From assembly GCF_009914755.1 (NCBI RefSeq), contig NC_060942.1: DNA of 64,000 nucleotides; one strand, written 5' to 3'. The notes below the pieces were generated by a model. That model had not been told where the DNA came from, ran no database searches, and worked only from the letters and a program-made list of their open reading frames with translations. Below, in pieces: positions 40,270 to 54,530 of this stretch. A program made the position numbers and the translations under genes. Every line of letters starts with the position of its first letter. Position 1 is the stretch's first letter. Origin of the DNA: the human T2T-CHM13v2.0 reference genome, Homo sapiens.

Positions 40270-40660
40270 TTCAAGAATTCAAGATCTGATATAATGTGTA
40301 TGAAAAACTACAGGCAGTTTGGTGTTGATGTGGGTAAAATAAGAGGCACCTGATGATGGGAAAAGAGGCTGGTGAGGTCAGTAGTAGCCAGAAGAGGACA
40401 TACCTACGGGACATGCTAAGATGCTCGGAATTTATTCTGAGGGAAACTGGAAGCCATCGAAGGATTTTGGAGTCAAGGAATATCAAAATGAGATTCGTAT
40501 TTTTCAACCCAATGCAGCAAAATTGGAGAATAGAAGAGAGGCCAGTCAGGGGGCTGTGACAATCGTTCAGGCAACAAAAGAGGGCTCAGAAATGGCATGA
40601 AGAAATAGGGGTGGCTCTGAAAAAATATTTGGAGTGGGGAACAAGTAAAATTTAAACCTA
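40270..40660 (-). mobile_element. L2 fragment
   Basis: Contains gaggctggtgaggtcagtag and tttattctgagggaaactggaagccatcgaaggattttg. Confidence 0.75.
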
Positions 40661-43116
40661 TTGGAAGAACACTCTGTTATTTTGAAGTTGATGTTTGAAG
40701 GGAAGTACCCTTAGGCACAGATCACTAAGAGAGTAAGCATACTTCAGGACGTTTGTAACAACCTTTGATATTTTCCACCATACACCCAGGCATGCTGCCT
40801 GCTTTCAAAGTCACGGGCAGGGTTAAATCAAGGGACATCATGGAGCAGCCTCGGCCTGTTTTTAGGGCCCCCTGTATCTCTCTTTGTCCTTTTCTCCCTT
40901 TTATTCTTTATCATTACTTAGGGAGCAGCTTCAGTCTTCAATATAAATTCTAGCACCTTTCACATTACTTTTCTACATCTTTTACTTTCTTTCAACACTG
41001 CTTCCTCATAACCCCAAGTCCTATTCTCTCCTTTTGCCAGGTCCCTAATTTAGGACGAAAAGCTATGATAATTGTGTAACATGCAAATTAACCTGTATTT
41101 CTACCTTCAGGGATTGCCTTTCAGATAAGATCCCAGAGAAAGAATGCTAAAGGCGCTAAACCCTAATGAAAGTGCAGATACCGGCAGCTTAGTTGAGAAC
41201 CATTTTGGAATAAATAATGGGATCTCCTCCTTCAAATATCACCATTTCAATGTCAAATATTAACAGCTGGTCATTATCACCTCTCAGAAAGGAGCTCATA
41301 ACTCAGGCTCTCCCACTCATTTTCTTTCCGTGCTTGTGGAAACACAGAAGAACCTTTTATTTAGTTTGAGTCCACTGAGGACAAACCGAAGGTAATTCTG
41401 ACGGTTTCATAATTAACTTGATGGACCAGAAAACTGGTTAATTTGGAATCCCGAGTGACTCTATATCTGAGAATAAGGATTAAATTTAACAGCTGGGACA
41501 AAATATGACTAATTAAGGGTTCACTTCTGTCTTCTTTAGCTCCATTCATCTGCAAGGTCTGTGCCTTTGCCCCTAGTCTCAGTTCTACAATGTTCTTTTG
41601 CTAATTTCAATCAAGCTGCATGTAAGAGCTGAAGAGACCTCACCTAAGTCTGGAGTTAGTCTTGTGGCCATAGCCTGGCTTCCCTGCCGTGAGCAGCTGT
41701 CTGTCCATCCTTTAGCCTGCTGTGTGAAATCGTGTGGGATGGTCTCTATGATGGGTCTCATCTCTTTACTTCAGCTTCACACTCTAGTTCCCCTGCTGGC
41801 CTTGGAGCCTTGCTTTGAACTCTAGCCCAATTGACTAGGATTTTGTCAACATGCCTAGCACTTGACATCCCCTGTAATTTGGCAGCTGGATGCCATCTCC
41901 TTTAGTTCCAGCCACAGACAGGGTCTTGTTCCAAATTAAATGGACCACCCCAAACTCTGAGGCTGCCACCCACCTGACTTTGTATATTGCATTTGCTTGG
42001 TGACTCCTGGTGTTTTTCCTTTCCTGCAGATGGGATCCTCATTAACATCAGTAATGCTTGGAACTAATACCCCTGTGGGCTGTGATGCAAATTGTCCTTT
42101 ATTCCTGAGAGAAGGGCAGTTCTGTAGCCAGCCAGTGTTCTTTCCGACCCTGGGTTCTGCCCATGCCCAGCTCCCTGTTCCCAGTCCTGCCTTACACATG
42201 TCAAGGCTCACATGCTCTGCTACCCACACTATGAAACTGATATATTAAGTTTCTGGCTTGTGTAAACTAGCTTTATTGACACCAGATTTAACATCAGCAT
42301 GATTTAATATTTCTGCTGGGTCTATATTATGTTCAGCAAGGCACATAAACTTATAGAATAAAGATTTGGGAGTTTATAGTTCAACACAATATATCTGCAA
42401 GGCAGCAGCTGACAAACCAATATTACACGATACTCCCTTCTAAAGTTTATATTAGATATGCAGCCAAGATTGATGAAACCCTAAAAGATAAGTTGAAAGA
42501 GAGGATACTTAGCTTCTTTTAGTATGCATGCAAGAATGAAGAGAAGAGATGCTCATTGTTTGATATTTTAGGCTTCTAAGGGGAAAATAACTTTTAGGGG
42601 AATTTTCTTGTACAGTCAGTTGTGTAGAAAACGATGGTACATAGAAATTTGTTGAGAATAGAGGAAATAATTGGTCATTATAAAATGCACTATTAGAGAA
42701 AGTATTCAGTGAGTGTTTAATATAGAGCAGTCCATTAGAGTGGGCTCTCAATAGTCATAAGTATCTGTTTAACCTACTATTATGTTTAATTGAAAATTAC
42801 ATTATTTTCTATACCTGAGTTTTTAATTTGAAAATAAAAAAAATGGATTAGATGCAAAAAAATCAAAACTAAAGAATATATCATCTCTCCTTGATGAATC
42901 AAGTTTATCCAGCGCCTTAAGGTATGTCAATGATGAACTATAGAATATGCTGTTTATCTTCAAGCCATGTTGTTCCTTAGACTTTCGAATATGTCCATTC
43001 CTCTTCCTACTCTTCTACTGCCCCATCTTCTCCTGCTTCCGTCTCATATCCCATTGTCCACATGTTTTTCCTTTGTCCCCATGTATTTATTTATTCATTC
43101 AGCTAATACTTCAACT

Positions 43117-43194
43117 ATAGGTTGGTGCAAAATAATGTGGTTTCTGCCATTAATTTTAATGACAAAAACTGCAACTACTTTTGCACCAACCTAA
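43117..43194. mobile_element. MADE1 (Hsmar1-derived MITE)
   Basis: About 80-bp palindrome taggttggtgcaaaa...ttttgcaccaaccta with TA at the flanks. Confidence 0.95.
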
Positions 43195-44101
43195 TATTAC
43201 TTGGGCATTCTTGTCTGCCTTTCCTCTGCTATCTGAGAACTGGGCACTACATCCTATTTCACGATGACTCCTCTGACTAGAACCCTGCTGCAAAATACCA
43301 CCTAACTCAAACAAAAGCCACAAATTCAAGAAAGACATGGAATTAAGATAAAGGAATTAAGCTCTAATGTTTGTCTTGCAAGTGTCAAACAGTAGAACAT
43401 GGAGGGTTTTTTATAATCAGAGAAGCTCTATTGATCCTATAAAGTCACTTTGTATAGTTGATAAGTAATTATATCTACTATGAAGCTCTGTAGAACTGTG
43501 AACTTGGACCCCAGTAAAGAGGTTGCTGGCAAATTAGCTCTCAATATCTGTGTAACTCTGAAGTAAAGTGTGCGAGACCTGAGCCCAGGCCACCATGTTG
43601 GTATTATACAGTCAATCCAAAATGTTGGGATTATAGAATTATGCAGTTAATACTATATTTTACAAATCAGTTGAATAGTAAGTTAGTTATGGAGTGACAG
43701 CTTATTAATATGGCTGCTGACATCAGCTCCATGATGGTGAAACAGTTGACCCATCAGGCTGAGTAATACAATATTATCTAAACACAATATTTGTTTTCAC
43801 CACTGTACAACTCAGAGACGAATCCTTATTTATTTATAAAAATTCTGAGATCTACAGTATATAAAAAGTAATGGAAAGAACAGTTGAGCAATTGAGGTGA
43901 AACAGGCTTAAATCAAGGTCTTGGGGGAAAATATCTGAAGTCCTAATGTAATGCTTAGAATTTAAATAATGTTTCAAAGACTGATTTGCTAAAAAGCACT
44001 GAAAAGTAACCATACTTTATTTTTTCTTTTATTGTATAATATTTCCTGTGTCACTTGTACTACTTAGCTTCTTTTCAAATGCTAGTTCATTTTTTTTCCC
44101 C

Positions 44102-47100
44102 AAGATGGCTGATTAGAGGCTTTTAGTGTTCTTCAGCCTTGGAAATAGCAAGATAGTGCATAAAGTTCAACCATGTGAGCTTTAATTCAAAAAGGAAAAA
44201 GGAAATTCATTGGAATCATGAAGGACACACCCCAAATACCAGGGAGGAGAATGCAGGCAAACAGCCCCCTTGACAGCATCCAGCTGCTAAAAGTGAGCGA
44301 AGCCCCAGGATGTGAGAGAGGCAGAGAGCCTCCCTCTGTGATTCACCTTTCCACTGGGGGATCTGAGCAACCCAAGACAAGGGAGAGCACTTTGTTTCTC
44401 CCAAGCCTGGGAGCCAACTTGGGGCTACACTTGGAGTTACTGTAAGGTAAAAACACTGGGAAAAGCCACATTTTCCTAGACCTAGGACCAAGAGCAGGCT
44501 GTTATTTTTAATCTGAACCCATACAAACTCAGTCCCTAAGAGTTCCAGGGCATAGATTGCAGTACAGTGGGGCCCTCTCTGTTCCACTCTCAGGCAGATC
44601 TCCAGACATTCAAAGCACCCACTCACCTAGATCAGCAGCCTGAGCCACCCCACCCTTCCTCTGCATAGATCGTGATGCAGTGGGGCCCTCTCCACTCCAT
44701 GCCCAGGCAGATCTCCAGGCAATTGTAATACTCATTCACCTGGATTAGTTTAGGCTGCTGTCCCCTCCACTGATGCAAAGAACTTGGGGCCAAAGAGGTT
44801 CTCATTTCCATGCCTAGGCATTTAGTAGCTACCCACTAAATTCTCTGTTGTTGCAGGTATGAGCCTGCCATTGCCAGGGACATGTAGGTTGGCCTGCCTA
44901 GTCTGGCCCCAACCATCTTTCGCCTTCCCCCGGGGCTAAACAGGGAGCTCAGGCCACTGTGCACTCCATGGATCAGCCCATTGTCAGAGGCTACGGAGAA
45001 CTTCTCCCAGTAAACATCAAGTACATAACCAGCCACATTGGCTGCAGCTGGCTCTTATCCATAAGTGTCATCTACTGGCCTCTAGGTCAAATTGTGCAAC
45101 CCAATTCAAAACCTGACAAAAGAAGTGCATAGAGCAATAAATGCAAAGCCAAACAACCTATCCAAAATCCTCTATAATCACACTGCCTAGGGAGGGTGAT
45201 GAATAGAAAGAGAAAGAAAAAATAACTGATAATATTATATGGAAAGAAAGAAAAAATTCCTACCTGAATGAAAATAATTACAAAAATCAGAAGTGCCAGT
45301 ATCTCCAGATGAGAAGGAACCAGTACAAGAATTCTGACACCATAAAAAAAATCTGAATATAGAGACTCCACCAAAGAAGAGCACATTAGCTCTCCAGTAA
45401 TGATTCCTAACTGAAATGGAAATTTAGAAATGACAGAAAATTCAAACATGGATTGCAAGGAAGCTCAACAAGGTCCAAGACAAGACTGAAAGTCAACATA
45501 AAAACTTCTACATCAACCCAGGAATGAAGAAAGAGATAAACTTGTTTAAAAAAGTCAATCAGAGCTTCTGGAATTGAAAAATTCACTTAGGGAATTTCAA
45601 AATACTATCAAAAACTTTATCAATAGACTGGACCAAGCAGAAGAAAGAATTTCAGAGCTTAAAGACCCATCTTTTGAACTAACCCAGTTAGACAAAAGTA
45701 AAGAAAAAAGAATTTTAAAAATGAGCAAAGTTTTCAAGAAATATGGGATTATGCAAAATGACCAAACCTACAAATTATTGGCATTCCTGAGACTGGAGGA
45801 GAAAAAGTAAATATCCTGGAAAACATATTTGAGAGAATAATTCAAGAAAATTCACCTAATCTTGCTAGAGAGGTGGATATCCAGATACAATAAATCTATA
45901 AAATGACTGGGAGGTACTATACAAAATTAACATTACTAAGGCATATAGTCACCAGACATTCCTAGGTCAACACTAAAGAAGAAAAGCTTAAAGGCACCTA
46001 GAGAAAAAGGGTATATCGCATACAAAAGGAACTACATCAGGCTAACAGCAGACTTTTCAGCAGAAACCTTAAAAGCCAGGAGAAATTGGGGGCCTATTTT
46101 GAGCATTCTTAAAGAAAGTAAATTCTAACCAATAATTTCATATCCTGCCAAACTAAGATTCATAAGCAAGGGAGAAAAAAAATCTTTTCCAGACAAGCAT
46201 GCACTAAGGGAATCTTTTACCACTAGATCAGCCTTATAAAAGATCATTAAGACAGTTCTAAATATGGAAACAAGAGAATAATACCTGCTACCACAAACAC
46301 ACTTAAGTACATATCCCACAGACCTTATAAAGCAATCACACAGTAGAAACTGCAAAGCAACCAGCTAAAAACTTTTCGATAGGGTCAAAACCTCACATAT
46401 CAATATTAACCTTGAAAGTAAATGGTCTAAATGCCCCACTTAAAAGGTAGACAGCCTGTATAACCTACAGAATAGTAGAAAATATTTGCAATAGTGCAAG
46501 TATGCATCCAACAAAGGTCTGCTCACCAGAACTGTAAGAAACATAACAAGCAAAAGACAAATATTAATAAATTCATTCAAAAGTAGACAAAAGACATGAA
46601 CAAACACTTCTCAAAAGAAGGCACAGCAAGGGACCAAGAAACACACAAAAATGTTCAACATCACTAATCATTAGAGAAATGCAAATCAAAACTACAAAGT
46701 GATACCATCTCACAGCAGTCAAAATGGCTATTAATAAAAGTCAAAAACCAACAGATAATGGTAAGGCTGCAGAGAAGAGGGAATGCTTCTACACTGTTGG
46801 TGGTAATGTTCTGCCACTGTAGAAAGTAGTTTGCAGATTTCGCAGAGAACTTAGAACTACCATTTGACCTAGCATCCCATTACTGAGTACAGATCCTAAA
46901 GAATGTAAATCATTCTATTAAAAACACATAGTACTTGCATGTTCACCTCAGCTCTAGTCACAATAACAAAGACAAGGAATTAACCTAATGTACCCATCCA
47001 TGGTGAATGGGATAAAGAAAATGTGATACATATACACAATGGAGTATAATGCAGCCATAAGATAGAAGAAGATAATGTCCTTTGCAGCAACATGGATGCA

Positions 47101-47405
47101 ACTGGAGGCCATTATCACAAGCAAATTAATACAGGAACGAAAAACCAAATACCACATGTTCTCACCTATAAGTGAGAGCTAAACATTAGATATTCACAAA
47201 TATAAAGATGACAAAAATAGATACTGGGGACTACTAGAGGGGAAAGGAAGGGGAAAGGGGCAAGGGTTAAAAAACTGTTAGGTATTATGCTCTCTACCTA
47301 TGTGATGAAACCATTTGTATCCCAAACCTTTGTATTATACAATATACCCATGTAACAAGCATGCAAATGTACCCCCCAAATCTAAAATAAAAGTTGAAAT
47401 TATTT
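44102..47405 (+). mobile_element. L1PB-type LINE-1 with 5'UTR, disrupted ORF1, most of ORF2 missing, and 3'UTR
   Basis: Starts caagatggctgattagagg. ORF1 peptide NRLDQAEERISELKD is present. The ORF2 start (cctcacatatcaatattaaccttg) jumps at about 46450 to C-terminal ORF2, and the element ends aatctaaaataaaagttga. Confidence 0.92.
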
Positions 47406-47419
47406 TTAGTAAAACTAAA

Positions 47420-47960
47420 GAAACTACAAACAGCCCATAAATATATGAAAAATTTCAACATCACTAGTAATAAAAAAATTAAAACAGTGAGACGTATATT
47501 TTACTCGTCATCTTAACTAAGCTTTAAAAAAATCATAGTACTTATGGCTGGCAATGGTTCTGAGGAAAATAAACTCTTCAACTTTATGGAGGGAGTGTGA
47601 ATTGTCACAACCATCAGTAAAGTCATTTATTTATGTGGATCAAAGGGTTTATGTTTATACCTTTTGATAAGGCAATTCCATTTATAACAATTTATCCTAA
47701 GGAAATCACTAGAAATGTTCACAAAGATTTATTTCCAAGGCGGTTCCTAGCAGTGTTGCATATAATAACAAAAAATATTAGAACAACCAAATATGAAGAC
47801 TATTTATTTATATTCCCCAACACTAAGGGATTTGTTAAATAGATTGTTAGATTCATATAATGGAATGCTAAGTGGTCATTAAAAAGTTCTCAAGTCATTC
47901 TTAATTTCAAGAAAAAAAAGCCTATGGTGTAGAGTCAAGTGGAAATAAAAAGAATGCTGG
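47420..47960 (+). mobile_element. Old L1ME 3' fragment
   Basis: Contains ttcaacatcactagtaat and gcaattccatttataacaatttatcctaaggaaat. Confidence 0.7.
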
Positions 47961-48606
47961 ACTGTAACAAAAAAAACAAAGCAAATGTTAATCTATCAAA
48001 CAAGAGGAAAGTAAACTTTTCAACTGGGCAATACCAATAGTATACTTTTCAAGATTTGCTGATCTATGTAAGCTGCTAGCAGTAATGTGAGAAAAATATA
48101 TATAATATTGAGAAAAATATTTTCAAAGAGAAGATCTTAGAGTAAATTACACTTTTGCTAAGATGCAAGCTGTGGAGTTTCAGAAGGAACAAAGAAAATA
48201 GCTGCAAGGAGAAATGGCCAGATGTTAACACTATCTCTTAAAATTTGTGTACATTTATTTTTTAAATTTATTCTTTTTTGGTATTGAGTCCTATAAATTT
48301 TGATACATTTATAGAGTCATGTAACTACCCCACAGTCAAGATACGGAAACAATCCTTCATCCCCCTAAAATTTCCTCATGCCTCTCCTTTATAGTAAAAC
48401 ATTCATCACAACCTGATAGTTAGTGATGATGATTTCTGTTCTCCACCTCCATCAATTATATACTGATAGTATAATAATCCAGAAAACAGCCGTCAACACT
48501 TTGTCTAATATTTAAAATATTTTAAAAATTGAATTTGAACTTACAAAAGTATAGTAGTTGCAAAGACGTGTTATAGGGTGAGAAATTATTTTTTAAAAAA
48601 ACAACA

Positions 48607-48906
<300 letters not shown>

Positions 48907-49559
48907 CCTTTCAAGCAAAAAACACCTGAAATTCTAAGCAATAAATGTAATAAAAATGTGAATTTGTGGAGGAAGAAAACATTTCTGACAAAGTTAAGCT
49001 TGCTCATGTCAATTTATAATGGAGAAACTTCAGATTCAACTTAAAATGTGAATTTATATTAATTCAAAATTATTTTTGAGGAAAAGTGAGCAAAACGTTG
49101 AAGACCAATCAACTAAAGGATTGGCCCATCTGTGAAGAGTATTTCCTCATAAAAATCTTTTTGTTCATGATGCTTTACTTCCTCAACCTTCCCACCAAAT
49201 TAAGTCCTGTTTTCCTTCCATATCCCCTGGTATTTCTCTTTTTCTATACTCTAATCACTTATACAGTAAGTAATTATTTAATATCTCCGTTCTTCACTAA
49301 ATTATGAGCATCAGCATGGGTGTTCAGTCACATTCTTTTACTGATTAAATATCTATATTTTCTTTAGAATGAAATGTGAGATCCTTGAAATCAAAGATCA
49401 CATCTTTGCATTCCCATGGCCCAGTACTGTGACTGTCATATAATAATTTCTAAAAAGTATTTCATTTAATGATGAAGTTGTAAGAGAATAATGTTATAAA
49501 TCATTTAAGAAATTGAGAAGACCTTTGTGGCACCAATGTCATGGCACCATGGTAGAGTT

Positions 49560-49950
49560 GGTTAACTCTCCACAAAATTCCATGCTTACCTTTTCATAAT
49601 TTGGTAGTGTTATTGGGAGACAGTTACCCAGCCAGGGCATGTGAACAGGAGGAGGCCTATAACTTTTAGGCTTCTGTTTTTTGTTTTTTTGTTTTTTTTA
49701 ATAAAGTCATATGTCTTCTTCACTCTTTTCTCTTCCTCTGATTGGATACAGAGGTTTTCAAGGCCCCAGAAGATGACACCTCACCAAAGCAGAGAGGGCC
49801 TGGTTCTCTGAATCACTTATTGGAGGAATGCTGCTTGCTGACCTGCACCTTTCCTATGTAACACACACCAATATAAGCATCAAATACAGTTTTGTTGAGT
49901 TCAGCCATTGAACAGTGGAGATTTGTTTGTTATAGCAGCTAGCATGACCA
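49560..49950 (+). mobile_element. Old MLT1 (J/K-like) LTR
   Basis: Contains gcctggttctctgaatcac and a 3' end ttgtttgttatagcagctagc. Confidence 0.6.
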
Positions 49951-51823
49951 AAAAGCCCAGTGCTTGTACTGCCTAAGGGAAGATGGGCTCCTGTTTAAAA
50001 CGATAAAAACAATGGAGGAGTGGTGTAGCAAAGTGCCCTGTGACTAGACAAATAGGATTTAGTAGCTTAGAAATGTAGCATTTTAACTAGGAGGCCCCAT
50101 CCAAAGGGTAGCTTGGAGAAAAAAAAGCAGGCTGATATAAACAGTGGGAATTCAATTCTACTGTTTCTGAGGGAAAATATTCCAGAAAAGAAATCTCAAG
50201 ATTGCCTTTAAATCTGTTGAAAGGAAATAGACAAGAAGAGTCAGGGAAGACTTTGTGATGCAGTAGTAAGGAGCAAGGAGCAGATAAAATAAAATTATTA
50301 AAAGCCTGGATGAAAATTTCTAATGGATTAATTAAATACACTGGTGGTCACATGTCACCAAATGGACACATTCTTCCAGGCTTTGGAGAACCTGGCTGAG
50401 AGCAACTTTGAAAATCTTTTTTCTTTTTCTTTCTTTCTCTCTTTCCATTTTTAAAAAGTGGCAATTGAGTAAATAAAAAATTTCAATTGGGACCTTTCAA
50501 AGCTGAGAGCATCTTTCTAGCTCAGAAGAGTAATTGCTCATTTTACATACTTTGAAAAACTGAGCCAAGGAAATAAAAATGATTTTCGCCTTATTCCATA
50601 TTTCATCTAATAGGTCAAGAAACAACTACCTACAATGGGCAAAGCACTGTGGGGAATGACACAGTTTGTCCCCAGTGAGTGTATCATATGCGTCTTGATG
50701 TGGTGGAGCCAGGAAGAGGGAAGACAGACCTGAGCTCAGAATGTTAAGAATGCAGCCATCTAGGACTGCTCTGTGACTATGAAAACCTCAGCCTCAGGAA
50801 GGCTGTTTGCTCTGGGAAAGACGGTGATATCTAAATGGTATCAAGGCAATTTACAAATGTCCCTGGGAATCTAGTATAGTGGTCACACGGGACTACAAGA
50901 AGCAGTGAGATGAGTATTTCTAGTAGAATTATAGGTGATTCTGAGGATATGAGTAATAGAAAGAGTTCCTGCAGATCTGGGTTTGTTAAGTATAGATTAA
51001 CCTGGCAGCTTTACGCCATATGCCACAAAAACTCTGGCTGGGGACTTAATATCATTGCTCAGCTCCTGGAGATGGCTTAGTTGAACCATTTCCTGAATCA
51101 TCCCCCTGTTTAAAAAAATTGAAGGCACAAAGCAATAACATTCTTAATTTGCTAGGTGGCTTTGCTCATTGTTTCCCAATATTTGGAAACATACACCATG
51201 TTGCAGCCTGTTTCACCAAAACAACAAACAACAACATTGCACAGCTGGATAAGAAGAAAGGTGGAGAAAGGAATTGTCGTTGCTACTCCCTTCAGCAGAA
51301 GGACGTAGCAAGGACAATTGTTTTATGCACCATTGCTAAGCTGAGTGATCAACCAAAACCCAGATTTAAATAAAGCTGATATGAAGGAGTTGCCACATTT
51401 TTCTTTCCAGTTATCTCTATTTCTTTACTTCATTTGATAAGGGTTTTTTGAATTACCTAATCTATGTCATATGAGTTATCATAATGCTTAAAATTCAAGG
51501 CATGTTAATTAAATACCTTGAGAGAGAAAAAATCAGGCCCAAAGGGAACCCAAAGAAAGAGACAAGTGATTCTAAATGGGAGAGATCAGCTGAGGCTTTA
51601 TGGAAAAAGATACTGCTTGATCTTGACTTTTAAAAACAGAAATTAAACAAAAAACTTCTTCCTGATGTGTAATATACATATGGAAATTTGCACACACTTT
51701 CAGTGTACAGGTTGATGAATTATTCTGAAATAGTAGCAAAACATTTCAAGCATCTAGAAGCTCCTTCCTGCCTTGTCCTAATTATTATCCACCCCTCCTC
51801 CCTAAAAGTAACCACCATCCTGA

Positions 51824-54120
51824 TGGTATGTTTGGCTATGTCCCCACCCAAATCTCATCTTGAATTGTGGCTCCCATAATTCCCACATGTCATGGGAGGG
51901 ACCTGGTGGGAGATAATGAGTGGGTTTTTCCCATGCTGTTCTCATGATAGTGAATAAGTCTCATGAGATCTGATGGTTTTATAAAGGGGAGTTCCCCTGC
52001 ACAAGCTGTCTTGCCTGCCACCATGTAAGATGTAACTTTGCTCCTCATTTGCCTTGCACCATGATTGTGAGGCCTCTCCAGCCATGTGGAACTGTGAGTC
52101 AGTTTTACCTCTTTCTTTTATAAATTACCCTGTCTCAGGTATGTCTTTATTAGCAGCATGAGAACAGACTAATACAGCAAATTGGTACCGGGAGTGAGGT
52201 GCTGCTGTAAAGATATCCCAAAATGTGGAAGCAACTTTGGAATTATGTAACTGGCAGACATTGGGACAGTTTGGAGGGCTCAGAAGAAGATAGGAAATGT
52301 GAGAAATTTGGAACTTCCTAGAGACTCGGAGGACTCAGAAGACAGGAAGATGTGGGAAAGTTTGAATCTTCCTAGAGACTTGTTGAATGGCTTTGACCAA
52401 AATGCTGATAGTGATATGGACGATGAAGTCCAGGCTGAGGTGGTCTCAGATGGAGATGAGGAACTTGTTGGGAACTGGAGTAAAGGTCACTCTTGCTATG
52501 CAAAGAGACTGGAAGCATCTTGCCCCTGTGCTAGAGATCTGTGGAAATTTGAACTTGAGAGAAATGATTTAGGGTATCTGGCAGAAGAAATTGCTAAGGA
52601 GCAAAGTGTTCAAGAGGAAGCAGAGCATTAAAGTTTGGAAAATTTGCAGCCTGATGATGTGATAGAAAATAAAAACCCATTTTCTGAAGAAAAATTCAAG
52701 CCGGCTACAGAAATTTGCATAAGTAATGAGGAGCCAAATGTTAATCACTGAGACAATAGGGAAAATGTCTCCAGGGCATGTCAGAGGTCTTCACAGCAGC
52801 CCCTCCCATCACAGGCCCAGAGGCCTAGAGGGAAAAATGGTTTAGTGGGCTGGGGACAGGGCCTTCCTGCTTTGTGCAGTCTCAGGATTGGTGCCTGTGG
52901 CCCAGCCATGGCTAAAAGGGGCCAATATAGAGCTCAGTCCGTTGCTTCAGAGGGTGCAAGTCCCAAGCTTTGGTGGCTTCCATATGGTGTTGAGCCTGTG
53001 GTGCACAGAAGTCAAGAACTGAGATTTGAGAACCTCTGCCTAGATTTCAGAGGATGTATGGAAATGCCTGGAAGTCCAGGCAGAAGTTTGCTGCAGGGGT
53101 GGGGCCCTCATAGAGAACATCAGCTAGGGCAGTGTGAAGGGAAATGTGGGGTGCAAGCCCCAACACAGAGTCCCCACTGGGGCACTGCCTAGTGGATCTG
53201 TGAGAAGAGGGACACTGTCCTCCAGACCCCAGAATGGTAAATCCACTGACAGCCTGCACCATTTGCCTGGAAAAGCTGCAGACACTCAATGCCAGCCTGT
53301 GAAAGCAGCTGGTGGGGGGCAGAGGGTGCTGTATCCTGCTAAGCCACAGAGGCAGACCTGCCCAAGGCTGTGGGAACCCACCTTTTGCATCAGCATGACC
53401 TGGATGTAAGAGACAGAGTCAAAGGAGATCATTTTGGAGCTCTAAGATTTGACTGGCCTGCTGGATTTCAGACTTGCATGGGGCCTTCAACCCCTTCATT
53501 TTGGCCAATTTCTCCCACTTGGAAAGGATGCATTTACCCAATACCTGTACCCCCCATTGTATCTAGGAAGTAACTAACTTACTTTTGATTTTATAGGCTC
53601 ATAGGTGGAAGAGACTTGCCTTGTCTCAGATGAGACTTTGGACTGTGGACTTTTTGAGTTAATGCTGAAATGAGTTAAGACTTTGGAGTCCTATTGGGAA
53701 GGAATGATTGGTTTTGAAATCTGAGGACATGATATTTGAAAGGGATCGGGGCAGAATGATATGGTTTGACTGTGTCCCCACCCAAATCTCGTCTTGAATT
53801 AGTAGCTCCCATAATCCCCATGTGTCATGGGAGGGACCTGGTGGGTGGTAATTGAATCATGGGAGTGGATTTTTCCCATGCCATTCTTGTGATAGTGAAT
53901 AAGTCTCACAAGATCTGGTTCTATAAAGGGGAGTTCCCCTGCACGTGCTCTCTTGCCTGCCCCCATGTAAGATGTGACTTTGCTCCTCATTTGCCTTCTG
54001 CCATGATTGTGAGTTCTTCTCAGCTCCATGTGGAACTGTGCATCAATTAAACCTCTTTTCTTTATAAATTACCCTGTCTTGGGTATGTATTTATTAACAG
54101 CATGAGAACAGACTAATACA
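51824..54120 (+). mobile_element. Full-length THE1 (THE1C-like) MaLR provirus: LTR 51824-52176, internal 52177-53756, LTR 53757-54120
   Basis: Both LTRs end gagaacagactaataca. The internal peptide MWESLNLPRDLLNGFDQNADSDMD is present. The 5-bp TSD is cctga/cttga, and the element splits an antisense L1ME fragment. Confidence 0.97.
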
Positions 54121-54530
54121 CTTGATATTTAACATTGCAGACTAGTTTTACCTACACTTGAATTTTATGTAAATGAAATCACACAGTATATATGCTTTCA
54201 TATTGGGTTATTTGGTTCTACATTTTGTTTCTAGGAGTGGTCAGTTTTGTTGCATATTGCAACTCTTCATTAATTTTTATTGCTCTGTAGTATTCCATTT
54301 CATATATATATATTAGTTTATCCACTTTACTGTTAATGAAAATTTGATTATTTTCAACATTTGGCTGCTACAAATAATGATGACATGAACATTTCAGGTA
54401 CCTATCTTTTGTTGTCCACGTGTATGTATTTTTCTTGATCATATATCTGAGAATAATATTTTTGAGTCATAAGGCATGAATGCATCTGAATGATTTTATT
54501 TGATAATGTCAAACTATTCACCAAAGTGAT
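54121..54530 (-). mobile_element. L1ME fragment (continuation of 51650-51820)
   Basis: Contains cttgaattttatgtaaatgaaatcacacagtatata and tgctctgtagtattccatt. Confidence 0.75.

Noticed and set aside
44550-44750. Tandem repeat of about 113 bp
   Set aside because: It lies inside the L1PB 5'UTR and is probably intrinsic to the element.
52270-52631. Acidic 110-aa ORF with an internal repeat
   Set aside because: It is a fragment of the THE1 internal ORF, not a host gene.
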